Position numbers and translations under genes: made by a program. The notes beneath the pieces are model-generated. The model was given only the letters and a program-made list of their open reading frames with translations, was not told where the DNA came from and did no database searches. A stretch of 64,000 bases of DNA from Nitrospirota bacterium. GTDB lineage: Bacteria > Nitrospirota > Nitrospiria > Nitrospirales > Nitrospiraceae. Below, piece after piece: positions 49,905 to 60,971 of the stretch; the first letter of the stretch is position 1; every line of letters begins with the position of its first letter. The stretch covers positions 352,001 to 416,000 of the forward strand of contig CAVPBK010000009.1 in assembly GCA_963701855.1 (NCBI GenBank). The letters run 5' to 3'.

Positions 49905-50530
49905 TGTGTCAGTGTCTAAAACAGCCTCGCGTTGAGGGAGTCTTCTTACTTCTGTCGGTCCTTGCCCTGTGTCTGCTCTTCTCAGGATGCACAAGCGTGG
50001 ACACCATCCTCCTGACCAGCGACAGATTTCCCCCCAAGGAGTCTGCGGATGAAGTCGCCGTGCTGGAAGCGAAACCGACCCGACCTCATCGAGAACTCGC
50101 GGAACTGCGGATCGGCGATAGTTGGCTCAGTTTCGGCAGCTTGCAGCGAAAGATCTTGAATCAGGCCGCCACTCTGGGAGCCGATGCAGTGATCTTTGCC
50201 AAACCGCAAACCGTGACTCTGCACGAGGTGGCGTATCAACCGATGTATGATTCGTGGGGCTACGACAGTCCGTATTATGGAACTCCGTGGGGGTATGGGG
50301 GGTATGGCGGTCCTTTTGGGTCGTGGGGCCCGTGGGGTGGAAGCTACTCCGGCAGCGTCGCGGTTCCGTACGACGAGGTCACAAGAATGTTCATGGGAAC
50401 AGCCATCCGTTATACGGAAGCGACAGACTTTGACGATCGCACACAGTCAGGAGAAGCATGGTTACCGAGAAAAGAACCCATCACCAAGGATTCGTCAGAC
50501 GGAGGGGCCGATGAGCCCGTAGAGAAATAG
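49905..50530 (+). CDS. Lipoprotein (GADAV family, Tyr/Gly/Trp-rich loop), in frame with the sthA remnant
   Basis: LFSGC lipobox, AATLGADAVI, GTAIRY. Start uncertain. Confidence 0.7.
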
Positions 50531-50698
50531 AGATTTCTGAGGGGAGAAAATTTCCGCGCGAGTTCAAAGATCAAGGGAAGCCGGCAGTTCCTTCGAACAG
50601 ATGCATGGGCCAGACCGCAGGTTCGTAGAGTGCGAAATGGTATGCACGGAGTAGTGGATCTGTCGCATGCGTAGTGACCGAAGAAGTTTGCTACCGCC

Positions 50699-51064
50699 AT
50701 GCCCATGCGGAGACTGCCGCAACTCGTAGTTTCCTTCTCTTTGCTTCTGCTGAGCGGAGGCTGCTCCACTGACCAGAGCCCTGTGCTGGCTGGGGTGTTT
50801 CAAACGTGGGATGACGTCATCACTCGCTGGGTCGGCCAGCAGAAAGTTGACCTGTATTACGAACTCGGCCCTCCTCAGTTTCATAAGGAAGCGCAGGACG
50901 GCATGGAGGAACTGGTCTGGGATATGACACGGCCAAGTCTGCCGGGCCAAGCGGAGATCTATGGCACGCTTCCGCTCTACGGAAATAGAGTAGATTGTCG
51001 GCTCTTCTTCTTTGCCAATGCGCAAGGGGTCATCAAGACCGGCCGGCGTGTAGGGTGTGATTAG
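50699..51064 (+). CDS. Small lipoprotein
   Basis: LSGGC lipobox; WVGQ..LGPP..CRLFF..GC. Confidence 0.7.
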   Translation: MPMRRLPQLVVSFSLLLLSGGCSTDQSPVLAGVFQTWDDVITRWVGQQKVDLYYELGPPQFHKEAQDGMEELVWDMTRPSLPGQAEIYGTLPLYGNRVDCRLFFFANAQGVIKTGRRVGCD

Positions 51065-51086
51065 GGCTCATGTCTGGATGATCATT

Positions 51087-51617
51087 ATGAATCAGCTTTA
51101 CATCAGCGCGGCATCACGTTGTTCTGTCAGGTCATCCGGGAGGCGGCTCCACCGTGCGGCACGGTATGGATTGATCCTATCTGCTTTGTTTCTGCTGACG
51201 GCATGCGTGTCGGTGCGCGTCGAACCATTGACCCATGAGTCCTATCCGCCTCGCGTCAGTGGCGAACCAGTCCAATGGCTGGAGACTGAGCCCGACTCTC
51301 CGTATGTCAAGCTGGCCCGGATCATTGCGACGAGTCAGAGTGCGGATGAAGACCGGCTACGCGACAAGATTCTGGCTCGTGCGAGTATGATGGGAGCTGA
51401 CGCAGTGGTGCTGGGGAAATCTGATGTGTTGGAATCGATGGGGCCGAGTCCTCCATATGAATCCACCATGGGTCCGGGGTTGGGTAATTTTGGCCTATAC
51501 GGAGGGGGCTGGTGGAATTATTACGACCCCTGGAGTTTTGTGCAAAGCACGGCGGACCAGACTGAATGGACGGAATATTTGTCCGGTACAGCCATTCGTT
51601 ACGTGAACCAGAAATAG
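51087..51617 (+). CDS. Lipoprotein, paralog of 49905-50530
   Basis: LTAC lipobox, YPP, MGADAVV, GTAIRY. Confidence 0.72.
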   Translation: MNQLYISAASRCSVRSSGRRLHRAARYGLILSALFLLTACVSVRVEPLTHESYPPRVSGEPVQWLETEPDSPYVKLARIIATSQSADEDRLRDKILARASMMGADAVVLGKSDVLESMGPSPPYESTMGPGLGNFGLYGGGWWNYYDPWSFVQSTADQTEWTEYLSGTAIRYVNQK

Positions 51618-51848
51618 ACGCATCGCGGATCGTGCGCGAAGGGGTTGAGCCTTACCGATGAACCGGCGGCGGGTTTCTACGGCTCTTCCTCCGACAGGTA
51701 GGCGGAGCGGGGTCACACCGTCGACGAGCAGGCCCTGGATCCGGTGCAAACACATGCGGTGCCTGTTGCGGTGCTGAATGAAGCTCCTGAACAGCCATAA
51801 CGTTCAGAATGAATCGAGGTTGTCGAATTCTCGCATGAGGGAGGGTGT

Positions 51849-52334
51849 ATGATGATACACAAATTGTGGATACTTGCCGGATTTGTGCTTGTGATGAGCG
51901 TCACGGCCTGTGCCGGCCCCAGCCAGATTGATCGCGAACATGTCTCACCTGGCGATCCGGTCATTGGTCTGTTGAGCAAAGGCATTGCGCGACTGAACGT
52001 TAACATCAATGCGTTGTCAAAGCGCATGAACGATGTTCAGCAGGCGTCGGCGGAAACGGACCCCGTGCTGCGGGAATTGCAGGCTCTGGATCTATCGGGA
52101 TGGCAGCTGCATCAGCAGCAATGGGTATTGCAGCGCGATCATCTTGTCTTGGCCCGCGACGTCCTTCAGCAGGCGTATAAGAGCCAAGGAGAAAAAGAAC
52201 GACTGCTCGTCCAGTGGCGCCAACACTGGACACTCTACGTGAACGCCATAGAGGAATTGCGTCAAGAACGACAACACTTAGAGCGTAAGCATCTGGAGGT
52301 GGAAGCCCGGTTGGTTGAACGTGGGCTTCAGTGA
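51849..52334 (+). CDS. Coiled-coil lipoprotein
   Basis: VTAC lipobox; helical Q/E/L/R-rich body; GAGGGAGG SD. Confidence 0.7.
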   Translation: MMIHKLWILAGFVLVMSVTACAGPSQIDREHVSPGDPVIGLLSKGIARLNVNINALSKRMNDVQQASAETDPVLRELQALDLSGWQLHQQQWVLQRDHLVLARDVLQQAYKSQGEKERLLVQWRQHWTLYVNAIEELRQERQHLERKHLEVEARLVERGLQ

Positions 52335-52466
52335 ATGCCAGCAGCCATGCGTGCGAACGAAAAGATCGTGATGGAGACACTGGGTCACTTGGTAGGAATG
52401 CTTGTAGGCGGCAACCAATCTGGTTTCTGCAACGTGACGGAATCAAGTTAGAGCACGCTATGAACC

Positions 52467-53879
52467 ATGGAGGATCCGATGCCTGAGCTATACGATGTTG
52501 ATCTTTTGTGCATCGGGAGCGGGCCCGCCGGTCAACGCGCAGCGATTCAAGCGGCAAAGCTGGGAAAGCGCACAGCGGTGGTGGAGCGGCAACAGATCAT
52601 CGGTGGGGTCTGTGTCGCCACCGGCACGATTCCCAGCAAGACATTCCGGGAAGCCGTGTTGTCCTTCGTCGCTCAAGACACCCTGGGTGATGGGCATCTC
52701 GGCCATCATCTCAAAAGCCGCCCGACTGCGGAGCAGTTGTTGCGGCGCGTAGAAAACGTCATCCAGCGAGAAGCCCAAGTCGTGGAAGATCAGCTTTGGC
52801 GAAATGATATCCCATTGCTTCGGGGAGAGGCTTCCTTCAAAGATCCCCATACGCTGATGGTGGTGTCCGCGCAGGAGTGGCGGACGGTAACGGCGGACAA
52901 GATTCTGATCGCGGTAGGTACCCAACCGGCGATCCCTCGTGGCGTGAACCTGGATGGAGAATTCGTCCTGACCAGTGCTCAGGTCATGCTAATGAAGCAC
53001 TTACCTCGGAGGATGGCGGTGGTGGGAGCCGGGGTTATTGGCATTGAATACGCCTCCATGTTTGCAGCTTTGGAACTCGATGTGACGGTGATTGACAAGC
53101 GGGAACGCCCGCTCGAATTCGTGGATGAAGAAATCGTTGAAGAACTCATGCATCAAATGCGCAATCATGAGGTGACATTCCGCCTTGGCGAGGCCGTGGA
53201 GAGAATAGAAATCGCCGAGGGCCCCCCACGCCACGTTGTCATCCATTTGGAATCCGGGAAAGTGATTGTCTCCGATCTAGTCCTCTTTTCGGCCGGGCGT
53301 GTAGGCGCGACCACTCAGTTGAATCTCACGGCGGCAGGGCTGACCGTAGATCCGCGCGGTTTGCTGACCGTCGACCCGTTGTTTCGGACTCAGGTGCCGC
53401 ATATCTTTGCCGCAGGGGATATCATTGGCTATCCCAGCTTAGCGGCGACCGCTGCAGAACAAGGCCGCTTAGCCGCCTACTCAGCGTTTGGGGTAGAGTC
53501 GAAACCCATGGCCACCCATTTCCCTGTGGGGATCTATTCGATTCCTGAAATTTCGATGGTAGGAGCTTATGAACATGAATTGACGACCAACAAAGTTCCG
53601 TACGAGACCGGGGTCGCTCGGTATCGTGAAATCGCCCGAGGCCAAATTCTTGGCGACGACAGCGGACTGGTGAAGCTCCTGTTCCATCGAGAAAATCATC
53701 GGCTGCTGGGCGTGCATGCCATCGGCACCGGCGCAACCGAACTGATCCATATTGGGCAAGCGGTCTTAGGCCTGGATGGAGGACTCGATTACTTTCTGGA
53801 CACAGTGTTCAACTATCCCACCCTTGCCGAGTGTTACAAAGTCGCCGCCCTGAACGCCTCGAATAAACTGGCGCGCTAG
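52467..53879 (+). CDS. sthA: Soluble pyridine nucleotide transhydrogenase
   Basis: GSGPAGQRAA, GGVCVATGTIPSKT (CxxxGT), GAGVIGIEYAS, GDIIGYPSLA, FNYPTLAECYKVAALN. Confidence 0.95.
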   Translation: MEDPMPELYDVDLLCIGSGPAGQRAAIQAAKLGKRTAVVERQQIIGGVCVATGTIPSKTFREAVLSFVAQDTLGDGHLGHHLKSRPTAEQLLRRVENVIQREAQVVEDQLWRNDIPLLRGEASFKDPHTLMVVSAQEWRTVTADKILIAVGTQPAIPRGVNLDGEFVLTSAQVMLMKHLPRRMAVVGAGVIGIEYASMFAALELDVTVIDKRERPLEFVDEEIVEELMHQMRNHEVTFRLGEAVERIEIAEGPPRHVVIHLESGKVIVSDLVLFSAGRVGATTQLNLTAAGLTVDPRGLLTVDPLFRTQVPHIFAAGDIIGYPSLAATAAEQGRLAAYSAFGVESKPMATHFPVGIYSIPEISMVGAYEHELTTNKVPYETGVARYREIARGQILGDDSGLVKLLFHRENHRLLGVHAIGTGATELIHIGQAVLGLDGGLDYFLDTVFNYPTLAECYKVAALNASNKLAR

Positions 53880-53942
53880 ACTCGTGAGGACGATGAATGG
53901 TTTCGAACAACTTGTGTTCGCCATCCGGAAGCGCTCGGGCCT

Positions 53943-54692
53943 ATGAAGCTTGTGGTAAAAATTGTCTTCTTTGCGATGGTCTTCTCGGCAACGTTTTTCT
54001 TTCTTCATGCGACGGATGCCACTAAAGCCGTGATGAGAGATGATCTCGATGACCTAGGGGGCATCCCCTGGTTGTACTCCGCAGTCTGTCTCATTTTCAG
54101 CATCTTGGTCGGGTTTGTCATCCAGCATGAATGGGACAACTGGAACGACTTCGTGGAGGCAATTAATGGAGAACTCAGTACCCTACGGTCCCTGTGGTTG
54201 TGGTCCCAGCATGTCCCTGACTGCGCAACAGAATTACGAGAAGCCATGAGCCAATATTTGACTGTGACGATCGAGGACGAATGGCGGACAAGCGCGATGG
54301 GCGAGAGTGAGGTCGCCGACAAGGCCCTCGCTGTTCTACAAGAGGAGGCCTCTACGCTCTTTCAGCATTCGGACCTCAACATGACCACCGTTGGGATCAT
54401 TAGTGATCTCCTGCGACACCGGGAACATCGCCTGTACTCGGGTCAGCGGCACATGCCGAAGATTTTGAAAGTGACGGTCGGATTCGCCGATGGATTGGTG
54501 ATCGTCCTGTCGTTGTTCATCGGCGTGAAACATTTGTGGCTGGATTACCTTTTCACCCTCAGCATCGCGTTGCTGGCTTATGTCGTCTATCTGGTGGTCA
54601 ACGACTTGGATCATCCGCTCCGACCTGGGATTTGGCATGTGACATCCAAGCGGTATGAGCGTCTGCTCGCCCAGCTTCAGCAGCAGACATGA
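53943..54692 (+). CDS. DUF4239/bestrophin-like membrane protein
   Basis: FSILVGFVI..W, E..L, R..R, DLDHPLRPG pattern. Confidence 0.7.
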   Translation: MKLVVKIVFFAMVFSATFFFLHATDATKAVMRDDLDDLGGIPWLYSAVCLIFSILVGFVIQHEWDNWNDFVEAINGELSTLRSLWLWSQHVPDCATELREAMSQYLTVTIEDEWRTSAMGESEVADKALAVLQEEASTLFQHSDLNMTTVGIISDLLRHREHRLYSGQRHMPKILKVTVGFADGLVIVLSLFIGVKHLWLDYLFTLSIALLAYVVYLVVNDLDHPLRPGIWHVTSKRYERLLAQLQQQT

Positions 54693-54950
54693 CGCTGTGG
54701 AATAGGGTGGTTCGCAAGCAAGGCAGAGTCGCATGAGAAGTGGCGTGGAGACGACCAACGCGCACTCTCAACTCAGGGCCGCACAGGACAAAAATTAGAA
54801 AAATGTATGGGGGGATGTGCCGAACGGTAACGCCTTGGTATCCTCGCCTGCGTGGCCGCGAATGCGCCAAGCTCCGTCCTCATAGACCACATGGTGAATC
54901 TCGTACCACCAGCGCCAGGCCTGCAAACACGAACGTCAAGACCGTCGGCT

Positions 54951-55562
54951 CTACTGATTGCCACTCCCGAGCGGCTGCTTGATGCTGACCGCGCCGTGCA
55001 GCTCTCCTGCCTTGTAGCCCGTAGCCGCATCGAAGGGATACCGCGTCCTCAGCACGGAACGAATCGACTCCGGAATCTGATCACTCGGCCCGTGACAGAA
55101 CAGACATTTCCGCTGAATTATAATTGGCTTCATGAACCGGAAGTACTGACCAGCTGGCTCCGATACGACTTCATGATGGGTCATGTCCGCAAATGCCTCC
55201 CCTTTCGCGGCGCGCTCGGAAAATTCAGCCAGCACCTTCTGCTCCCAGGCATCCGGCATCCCGAGCAAGGGATTGCGCACACGAGTCCCCACGCGTGTCA
55301 CCCGCCAGCCATGCTCCCGAGATAGCCGGCCAGCGATGTTCTGGGCAAGTTCGGCATACACCTTGATCGTCTCTGTCGGACCACTCTTGATCATCTCCCT
55401 CGTCACGGCCTCGCCCAGCTCTCCCAGGAATTCCTCGGCAACTTCGCTGGCCACCTGTTCGCGCTCGGTCTGATCGGCATAGGCCATACTTGTCGCGATC
55501 ACAAGAACTGCGACGCTTCCTGCGAGTGCTCTCACAATACGAAATCTGTTCCTTGCCATCAT
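54951..55562 (-). CDS. DUF3365/Tll0287-like c-type cytochrome
   Basis: Signal peptide; RVRNP..PDAWE, CLFCHG heme motif, YPFDAATGYKAGEL.GAVS. Confidence 0.85.
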   Translation of the reverse strand: MMARNRFRIVRALAGSVAVLVIATSMAYADQTEREQVASEVAEEFLGELGEAVTREMIKSGPTETIKVYAELAQNIAGRLSREHGWRVTRVGTRVRNPLLGMPDAWEQKVLAEFSERAAKGEAFADMTHHEVVSEPAGQYFRFMKPIIIQRKCLFCHGPSDQIPESIRSVLRTRYPFDAATGYKAGELHGAVSIKQPLGSGNQ

Positions 55563-55775
55563 GCCCACCGCCACCCATTCCGCCTCCATGCTGTCCCTCG
55601 ACACCAAAATCCCCCTCGTACAGCTATCCATCATCTGACGCCTCTCAGGTGTAGATACCGTGAGATAGAAGGAAATGCCATAGACTCTCATTCTTCTTCG
55701 CCACAAATCTAGTGGTGAGAACTTTCCCTACGACTTGTCTCAGGTTTGGGGCTGTTTGCACACCCATGTCCTTTA

Positions 55776-55984
55776 CTAGCAGGCTGTTGACAAAGTCCGC
55801 CAGCGGCGTTCTCGCGGCGCTCAGAGGCTCAACGTACGGCAAAGAGTACGCTTCGCCTCTTCACTTGCTGCGGCCTTGCTGGACGGCCATTCTGAACAGC
55901 CTGCGAGGAACCCTGAAAGAGTCTGTGGACATCCAAGTGCTCATGGTTTCGATATGCTCAAGTAGTTTGTCAACTGCCTGCTAG
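55776..55984. mobile_element. MITE-like non-autonomous element
   Basis: Terminal IR CTAGCAGGCTGTTGACAAA / TTTGTCAACTGCCTGCTAG (18/19); internal extra end AACAGCCTGC at 55895-55904; no transposase. Confidence 0.8.
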
Positions 55985-56086
55985 CCACAGGGAGCAGTCC
56001 ATTTCCCCGCGCCTTCTCTCCTCCTTCCCGATCACGCTGGCGGTTTTGCTAGCTCAACACACCGGCAGGAAAACAGGGTGCTGGTC

Positions 56087-57127
56087 TCAAAACCGATAGC
56101 TGCCCCCGAGCGAATAGATCGTGTCGTGGAAATCTCGCGTCACAACTGTCGAGGATCCCTGAGTCTGTTGGAAAGACGCCAAAAGGCTCGCCGCAGCGGT
56201 GAGGCGATAGCGTAACTCAGCCATACCCTGGTGGATATTATCATGCCGGTTGAGATGCGTATCCCCGAGCAGCTCACTGGTAAAGTCCTTGCGTCGGTAG
56301 ATATACCCTAGATGCAGGGAGAGCGACTCGATCAGCGTGAGGTCAGCTCCGGCCGAGACCGCGTGCAATCGGTACGAAACATCGTCATTGAATTGGGTAT
56401 TGCTGCGGCCATCGGCCAAGCCCCGTTCATAGAGGTAGCCCAACGACACCGCCATGCGCGGATTGATGAGGTACTGTAGCTGTGAACCGATGGTCCAGAA
56501 ATTCGTGTCACGCTCCGCGAACGCATCGTTATACGAACGGAGGCCATAGCGCCCAATGAGCGTCAACGTCCACGATTCGTTCACTCGATGTTCGAGCTCC
56601 GCGCGCCACGTCTGCGAGGAGACACGTTCCTCTTGGATCAGGTTGTTCCCGGTACGGCGCTCGATATTGGGGCCCAGGAACTGGTCGGGCACATTCCGGT
56701 ACCGGATGAGGAGCGACGTGTCAGGGGAGAGCCCCTGCTTGAATTGCAGCCGATAGTCGCCGAAGTTGAAGATCGGATTATTAGTATAGATAAACCCCTG
56801 TGCTTTGATGGAGAGCTCGTTAGGCCCGAGCTTCGACGAAGAAGATCGGATCACCTCGAGCGAGGGATCCCAGATGACATCGGAGAGCTGACTCGGGAGG
56901 GCGGTCGGTTGGCTCGGGTCTTCGCTGAATTTCAGGCGACGGGCCGCAGAAAAATTGGTCACATTATTGGTGTACGAAACCTTGCTCTCGGCAATGGCGG
57001 ACCATTCTGCCGTGACGCTGCGCGGGAAACAAAGCAGGACCAAGAGTCCGAGGGAAAAGAGGAGACTTGTAGGGACAAAGCACCGGGCCATAAAGGCCCA
57101 CATTTGGTTAACTGAAGGTCCGCACAT
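56087..57127 (-). CDS. Outer-membrane beta-barrel protein
   Basis: Signal peptide, alternating amphipathic strands, C-terminal GGSYRF. Confidence 0.75.
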   Translation of the reverse strand: MCGPSVNQMWAFMARCFVPTSLLFSLGLLVLLCFPRSVTAEWSAIAESKVSYTNNVTNFSAARRLKFSEDPSQPTALPSQLSDVIWDPSLEVIRSSSSKLGPNELSIKAQGFIYTNNPIFNFGDYRLQFKQGLSPDTSLLIRYRNVPDQFLGPNIERRTGNNLIQEERVSSQTWRAELEHRVNESWTLTLIGRYGLRSYNDAFAERDTNFWTIGSQLQYLINPRMAVSLGYLYERGLADGRSNTQFNDDVSYRLHAVSAGADLTLIESLSLHLGYIYRRKDFTSELLGDTHLNRHDNIHQGMAELRYRLTAAASLLASFQQTQGSSTVVTRDFHDTIYSLGGSYRF

Positions 57128-57313
57128 ATCGCAGTACCTGCCAGGCTTCTTCTCCCGTCAGCACGAGCAGAACAAAGGGAGTCATCGCCGTTAAGAAACT
57201 AGCGCCTAACGGCGTCACGTGAGTCTCGCTCCTCACCTTGTCTCGCACCACTCCGCCATTTTTCGACGAACCGTGATGAATATTCCGGTGCTAACGACAC
57301 GTCGCGCGGATTA

Positions 57314-59734
57314 CTACTTCCTCTGCTTGGCTCGCGCCAAGGCCAGAGCCATAGCCATCGTGCCGGTGGGCTGTGGCTGGCGAACCGGAGCGTGCTGGGG
57401 TGTCGGCGGACGCCGGTCACGCGGTTCGCGTGATGCTCCCGTGGAGACCTCGATCGGCGCGCGATTTGAAGATGATGTACTGCCTGCTGCATCGTCGATG
57501 CACATGGTCAGGGAAATGCGCTGGCGCTTCACATCGACGTTTAGCACCTTCACCTTCACGATCTGGCCAGGCTTGACGACCTCATGGGGGTCCTTGATGA
57601 ATTTATTGGCCAGCGCGGACACGTGCACAAGACCGTCCTGATGCACGCCGACATCGACGAAGGCGCCGAAGGCCGCGACGTTCGTCACGACCCCTTCGAG
57701 AATCATGTCTTGTTGTAGATCGGTCAGAGACTCAATACCTTCTTGGAATGTGGCCGTCTTGAATTCCGGGCGCGGATCGCGGCCCGGTTTTTCCAACTCG
57801 TTCAGAATGTCGCGCACCGTCGGCAGGCCGAACTTCTCATCGGTAAAATCGGCGGGAGATAATCCCTTGAGCACCGCCGGCTGGCCCATGACGTCCACAA
57901 TACCTTTGCTGATACGTGTGAGAATGCGCTCGACCACCGGGTAGGCTTCCGGATGGACCGAAGAGCGATCCAGCGGATTATCGCCACCGTTGATGCGCAG
58001 AAACCCGGCGGCCTGCTCGAACGTCTTGTCACCTAGACGCGGTACCTTGCGCATCGTAGTACGATTCTGAAATGGGCCGTTCGCATCACGGTACTCGACG
58101 ATATTTTTCGCCAGCACCTTGTTCAGACCCGACACCCGTTCAAGCAATGGAGCGGAGGCTGTGTTGACGTCCACGCCCACGGCATTGACGCAGTCTTCAA
58201 CTGTGGCATCGAGCGATCGTGCCAGCGCCCGTTGGTTCACGTCGTGCTGATATTGGCCGACGCCGATTGCCTTGGGATCGATCTTCACCAGTTCAGCCAG
58301 CGGGTCTTGCAGACGTCGTGCGATGGAGACGGCGCCGCGCAGACTGACATCCAACTCAGGAAACTCCGCAGCGGCGAAGGCCGATGCTGAATAGACCGAG
58401 GCGCCGGCCTCGCTGACCACGATCTTGAGCACTTTGTGTTCCGGCTTCTGAGCCGTGACTAATTTAATCACCTCAATGGCCAGCTTGTCGGTCTCCCGGC
58501 TGCCGGTCCCGTTGCCGATCGAAATCAGCTCGACGCCATGCTGCACAACCAACCGTGCCAGCGTCGCCAACGAGCCCTGCCAGTCATTGCGCGGCTGGAG
58601 CGGGTAAATGGTCGTGGTCTCCAGCAGCTTACCGGTTGCATCGACCACCGCCACCTTGCAGCCCGTGCGGATGCCGGGGTCGAGGCCGAGCACGGCCTTC
58701 GGGCCCGCAGGCGCCGCCAGCAACAATTCATGCAAATTGCGTCCGAAAATCTTAATCGCCTCGGCTTCCGCCGCTTCGCGCAACTGCACCAGCAGTTCCA
58801 CCGAAAGATGTAGATGTACCTTGCCTCGCCAGGTCCAATCGCAGACGCCCATCAGCCATTTGTCCGCACGGCGGTCACGGTCTTCAATACCGACATGCGC
58901 CGCGATCGTCGCGACACAGGGATGCGGCGTCACCGCTTCCAGTGCCTCGCCCAGGCCCAGTTCAATTTTCAACACACCCAGCGTGCGGCCACGGAACAGC
59001 GCCAGCGCGCGGTGCGAAGGAATGGTGCGGATGGTTTCAGCATACGCATAGTAATCCCGGAACTTTTCTTCCTGGGCCGTTTCCTTTCCTTTCATCACGG
59101 TGGACGTGACGACGCCCTGGTCCCACAGACGAGTACGCAATTTCGCGAGCAGCTCGGCGGTTTCGGCAAAACGTTCGACCAGAATGTCCCGCGCACCCTC
59201 AAGCGCAGCTTTTGCGTCCGACACATTGATGGCCTCAACACCCTCGGCAGCAGGCCTTACGATCAGATACTTCACGGCTTCCTGTTCCGGGTCGAGCGTC
59301 GGATCGGCGAACAAGGCATCGGCCAGCGGCTCCAGCCCTGCCTCGCGCGCAATCTGCGCTCGCGTGCGCCGCTTGGGTTTGTAGGGCAAGTAGAGATCTT
59401 CCAACGTTTGCTTGGTTGCAGCCGCTTCAATGGTCCCGCGCAGTGCATCGGTGAGTTTGCCCTGCTCCTCAATCGACGCCAGAATCGCCGCGCGGCGCAG
59501 CTCCAATTCCCGCAGATACAGCAGGCGCTCTTCCAATGTGCGCAAGTGTGTATCGTCCAAGTTGCCGGTGGCCTCCTTACGATAGCGCGCGATAAACGGC
59601 ACGGTCGAACCTTCATCGAGCAAAGCGACCGCAGCCGCGACCTGGCTGGGTCCCACACCAAGTTCCTTGGCGATGAGTGGAACAATCTTCAGCTGCGCTG
59701 CGTCTGAAACCGTCTGGGTGATTGGAGAATCCAT
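57314..59734 (-). CDS. tex: Tex RNA-binding transcription accessory protein
   Basis: [50 protein letters not shown]-terminal S1 domain. Confidence 0.97.
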   Translation of the reverse strand: MDSPITQTVSDAAQLKIVPLIAKELGVGPSQVAAAVALLDEGSTVPFIARYRKEATGNLDDTHLRTLEERLLYLRELELRRAAILASIEEQGKLTDALRGTIEAAATKQTLEDLYLPYKPKRRTRAQIAREAGLEPLADALFADPTLDPEQEAVKYLIVRPAAEGVEAINVSDAKAALEGARDILVERFAETAELLAKLRTRLWDQGVVTSTVMKGKETAQEEKFRDYYAYAETIRTIPSHRALALFRGRTLGVLKIELGLGEALEAVTPHPCVATIAAHVGIEDRDRRADKWLMGVCDWTWRGKVHLHLSVELLVQLREAAEAEAIKIFGRNLHELLLAAPAGPKAVLGLDPGIRTGCKVAVVDATGKLLETTTIYPLQPRNDWQGSLATLARLVVQHGVELISIGNGTGSRETDKLAIEVIKLVTAQKPEHKVLKIVVSEAGASVYSASAFAAAEFPELDVSLRGAVSIARRLQDPLAELVKIDPKAIGVGQYQHDVNQRALARSLDATVEDCVNAVGVDVNTASAPLLERVSGLNKVLAKNIVEYRDANGPFQNRTTMRKVPRLGDKTFEQAAGFLRINGGDNPLDRSSVHPEAYPVVERILTRISKGIVDVMGQPAVLKGLSPADFTDEKFGLPTVRDILNELEKPGRDPRPEFKTATFQEGIESLTDLQQDMILEGVVTNVAAFGAFVDVGVHQDGLVHVSALANKFIKDPHEVVKPGQIVKVKVLNVDVKRQRISLTMCIDDAAGSTSSSNRAPIEVSTGASREPRDRRPPTPQHAPVRQPQPTGTMAMALALARAKQRK

Positions 59735-59988
59735 CTGTATCCGTTACCGTTCTTTCCGAAAGCGGTATCGTGCTGAGTGCCGGCCACTCGAAGCACCCGC
59801 TTTCTTCTTGTTAAGGTGCGTGGGAGATATTGGTCCGTGGAATTAGTTCATACTCAGCGGGCTGTAGGAAGCTCACGACAAGTGTACTGCAAAAACCCCC
59901 GCGTATCTAGCCGGAACCACATGAGCCACTGACCTTCGGCTAGATCTCAGCTTAAGACTCCGTTACACTTCTCGATAAGGAGAGACCG

Positions 59989-60885
59989 ATGCGGGATGAC
60001 AGGATGACCAACTACTATACGTTGCTCGAACTCTTGCCCACAGCAACGGAAGTTGAGATCAAAAAGTCCTGGCATGAACAAATCCAGGTCTGGCATCCGG
60101 ATCGCTTCAACCATTCCCCGACGTTGCACCGAAAAGCGGAAGCCCGGACACAACTGATCAACCAAGCCTATCAAACCCTCAGCGACCCCATCGCACGCGC
60201 ACGCTACGATGCCACAACCGAGCCCTCGACCTCCCGCAGACAGCCGCCACGGCCTTCTCCTGCATCAGGCCCATCGTCTGAATCCTACGCTTCTCCTCCG
60301 CCACGCGCTCAACAGACTGCACGGTCTCGCCAGGGCCCTCGCGGGCCCCAATCGCTCATGATGCTTTCGCGGCAAGGCCAACCCAAAACCATGGTGCCGG
60401 CCATTACGATGCTCGTCGACAGCCACGAGCATCTCCCCTACGAGTTTGAACATCTCGTCCGCATCGCCGGAACTATTCGGCAGACGCTTCCGGCGGGTGA
60501 TTACGCCATTGCAGAAGCCCCTGAGATTTTTTGCGTCGAACGCCGGCGCGTGGAAGAGTTCAACACGATCTTTTCGAATCCCTCCGATAACCGATCGCCC
60601 TTTCTCCAAGAACTCGAACCGCTCCTGGACTACCCGCATCGGTTTCTCGTCATCGAAGGAACGCTTCAGTCCACCAAAGGTAGCGGACGGCTTGGCGAAT
60701 ATCACAAGAACGGCATGATGGATTTCTTGGATGCCCTGACGGCGCGATTTGGGATTACGATCATTTATGCGGACAGCCGGGAAGAAGCGGAAGAACGAGT
60801 GGCAAATCTGGCCGCCCTGCACTACGCCTACCACTTTGCCGAGCAGCAGGGACTCGGCCGCTGCCTCGCGGAGGACGATTTGTAG
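59989..60885 (+). CDS. J-domain protein fused to an ERCC4-like nuclease domain
   Basis: NYY.LL..WHPDR..INQAYQTLSDP..RARYD; then VDSHE..LPAGDYAI..VERRR..FLVIEG. Confidence 0.82.
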   Translation: MRDDRMTNYYTLLELLPTATEVEIKKSWHEQIQVWHPDRFNHSPTLHRKAEARTQLINQAYQTLSDPIARARYDATTEPSTSRRQPPRPSPASGPSSESYASPPPRAQQTARSRQGPRGPQSLMMLSRQGQPKTMVPAITMLVDSHEHLPYEFEHLVRIAGTIRQTLPAGDYAIAEAPEIFCVERRRVEEFNTIFSNPSDNRSPFLQELEPLLDYPHRFLVIEGTLQSTKGSGRLGEYHKNGMMDFLDALTARFGITIIYADSREEAEERVANLAALHYAYHFAEQQGLGRCLAEDDL

Positions 60886-60971
60886 AGCTGCTGGACGATG
60901 AGAAGCCGTGTTTCGTAAAACGTGAAATGTTTCTCGCATTCAGCGGGAGCAAACGACACTACGCTCTCCGC

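Noticed and set aside
60910..60932. CGT(A/G)AAA heptamer-like runs (also 30555-30582)
   Set aside because: Only two or three degenerate units between convergent genes; too short to call.
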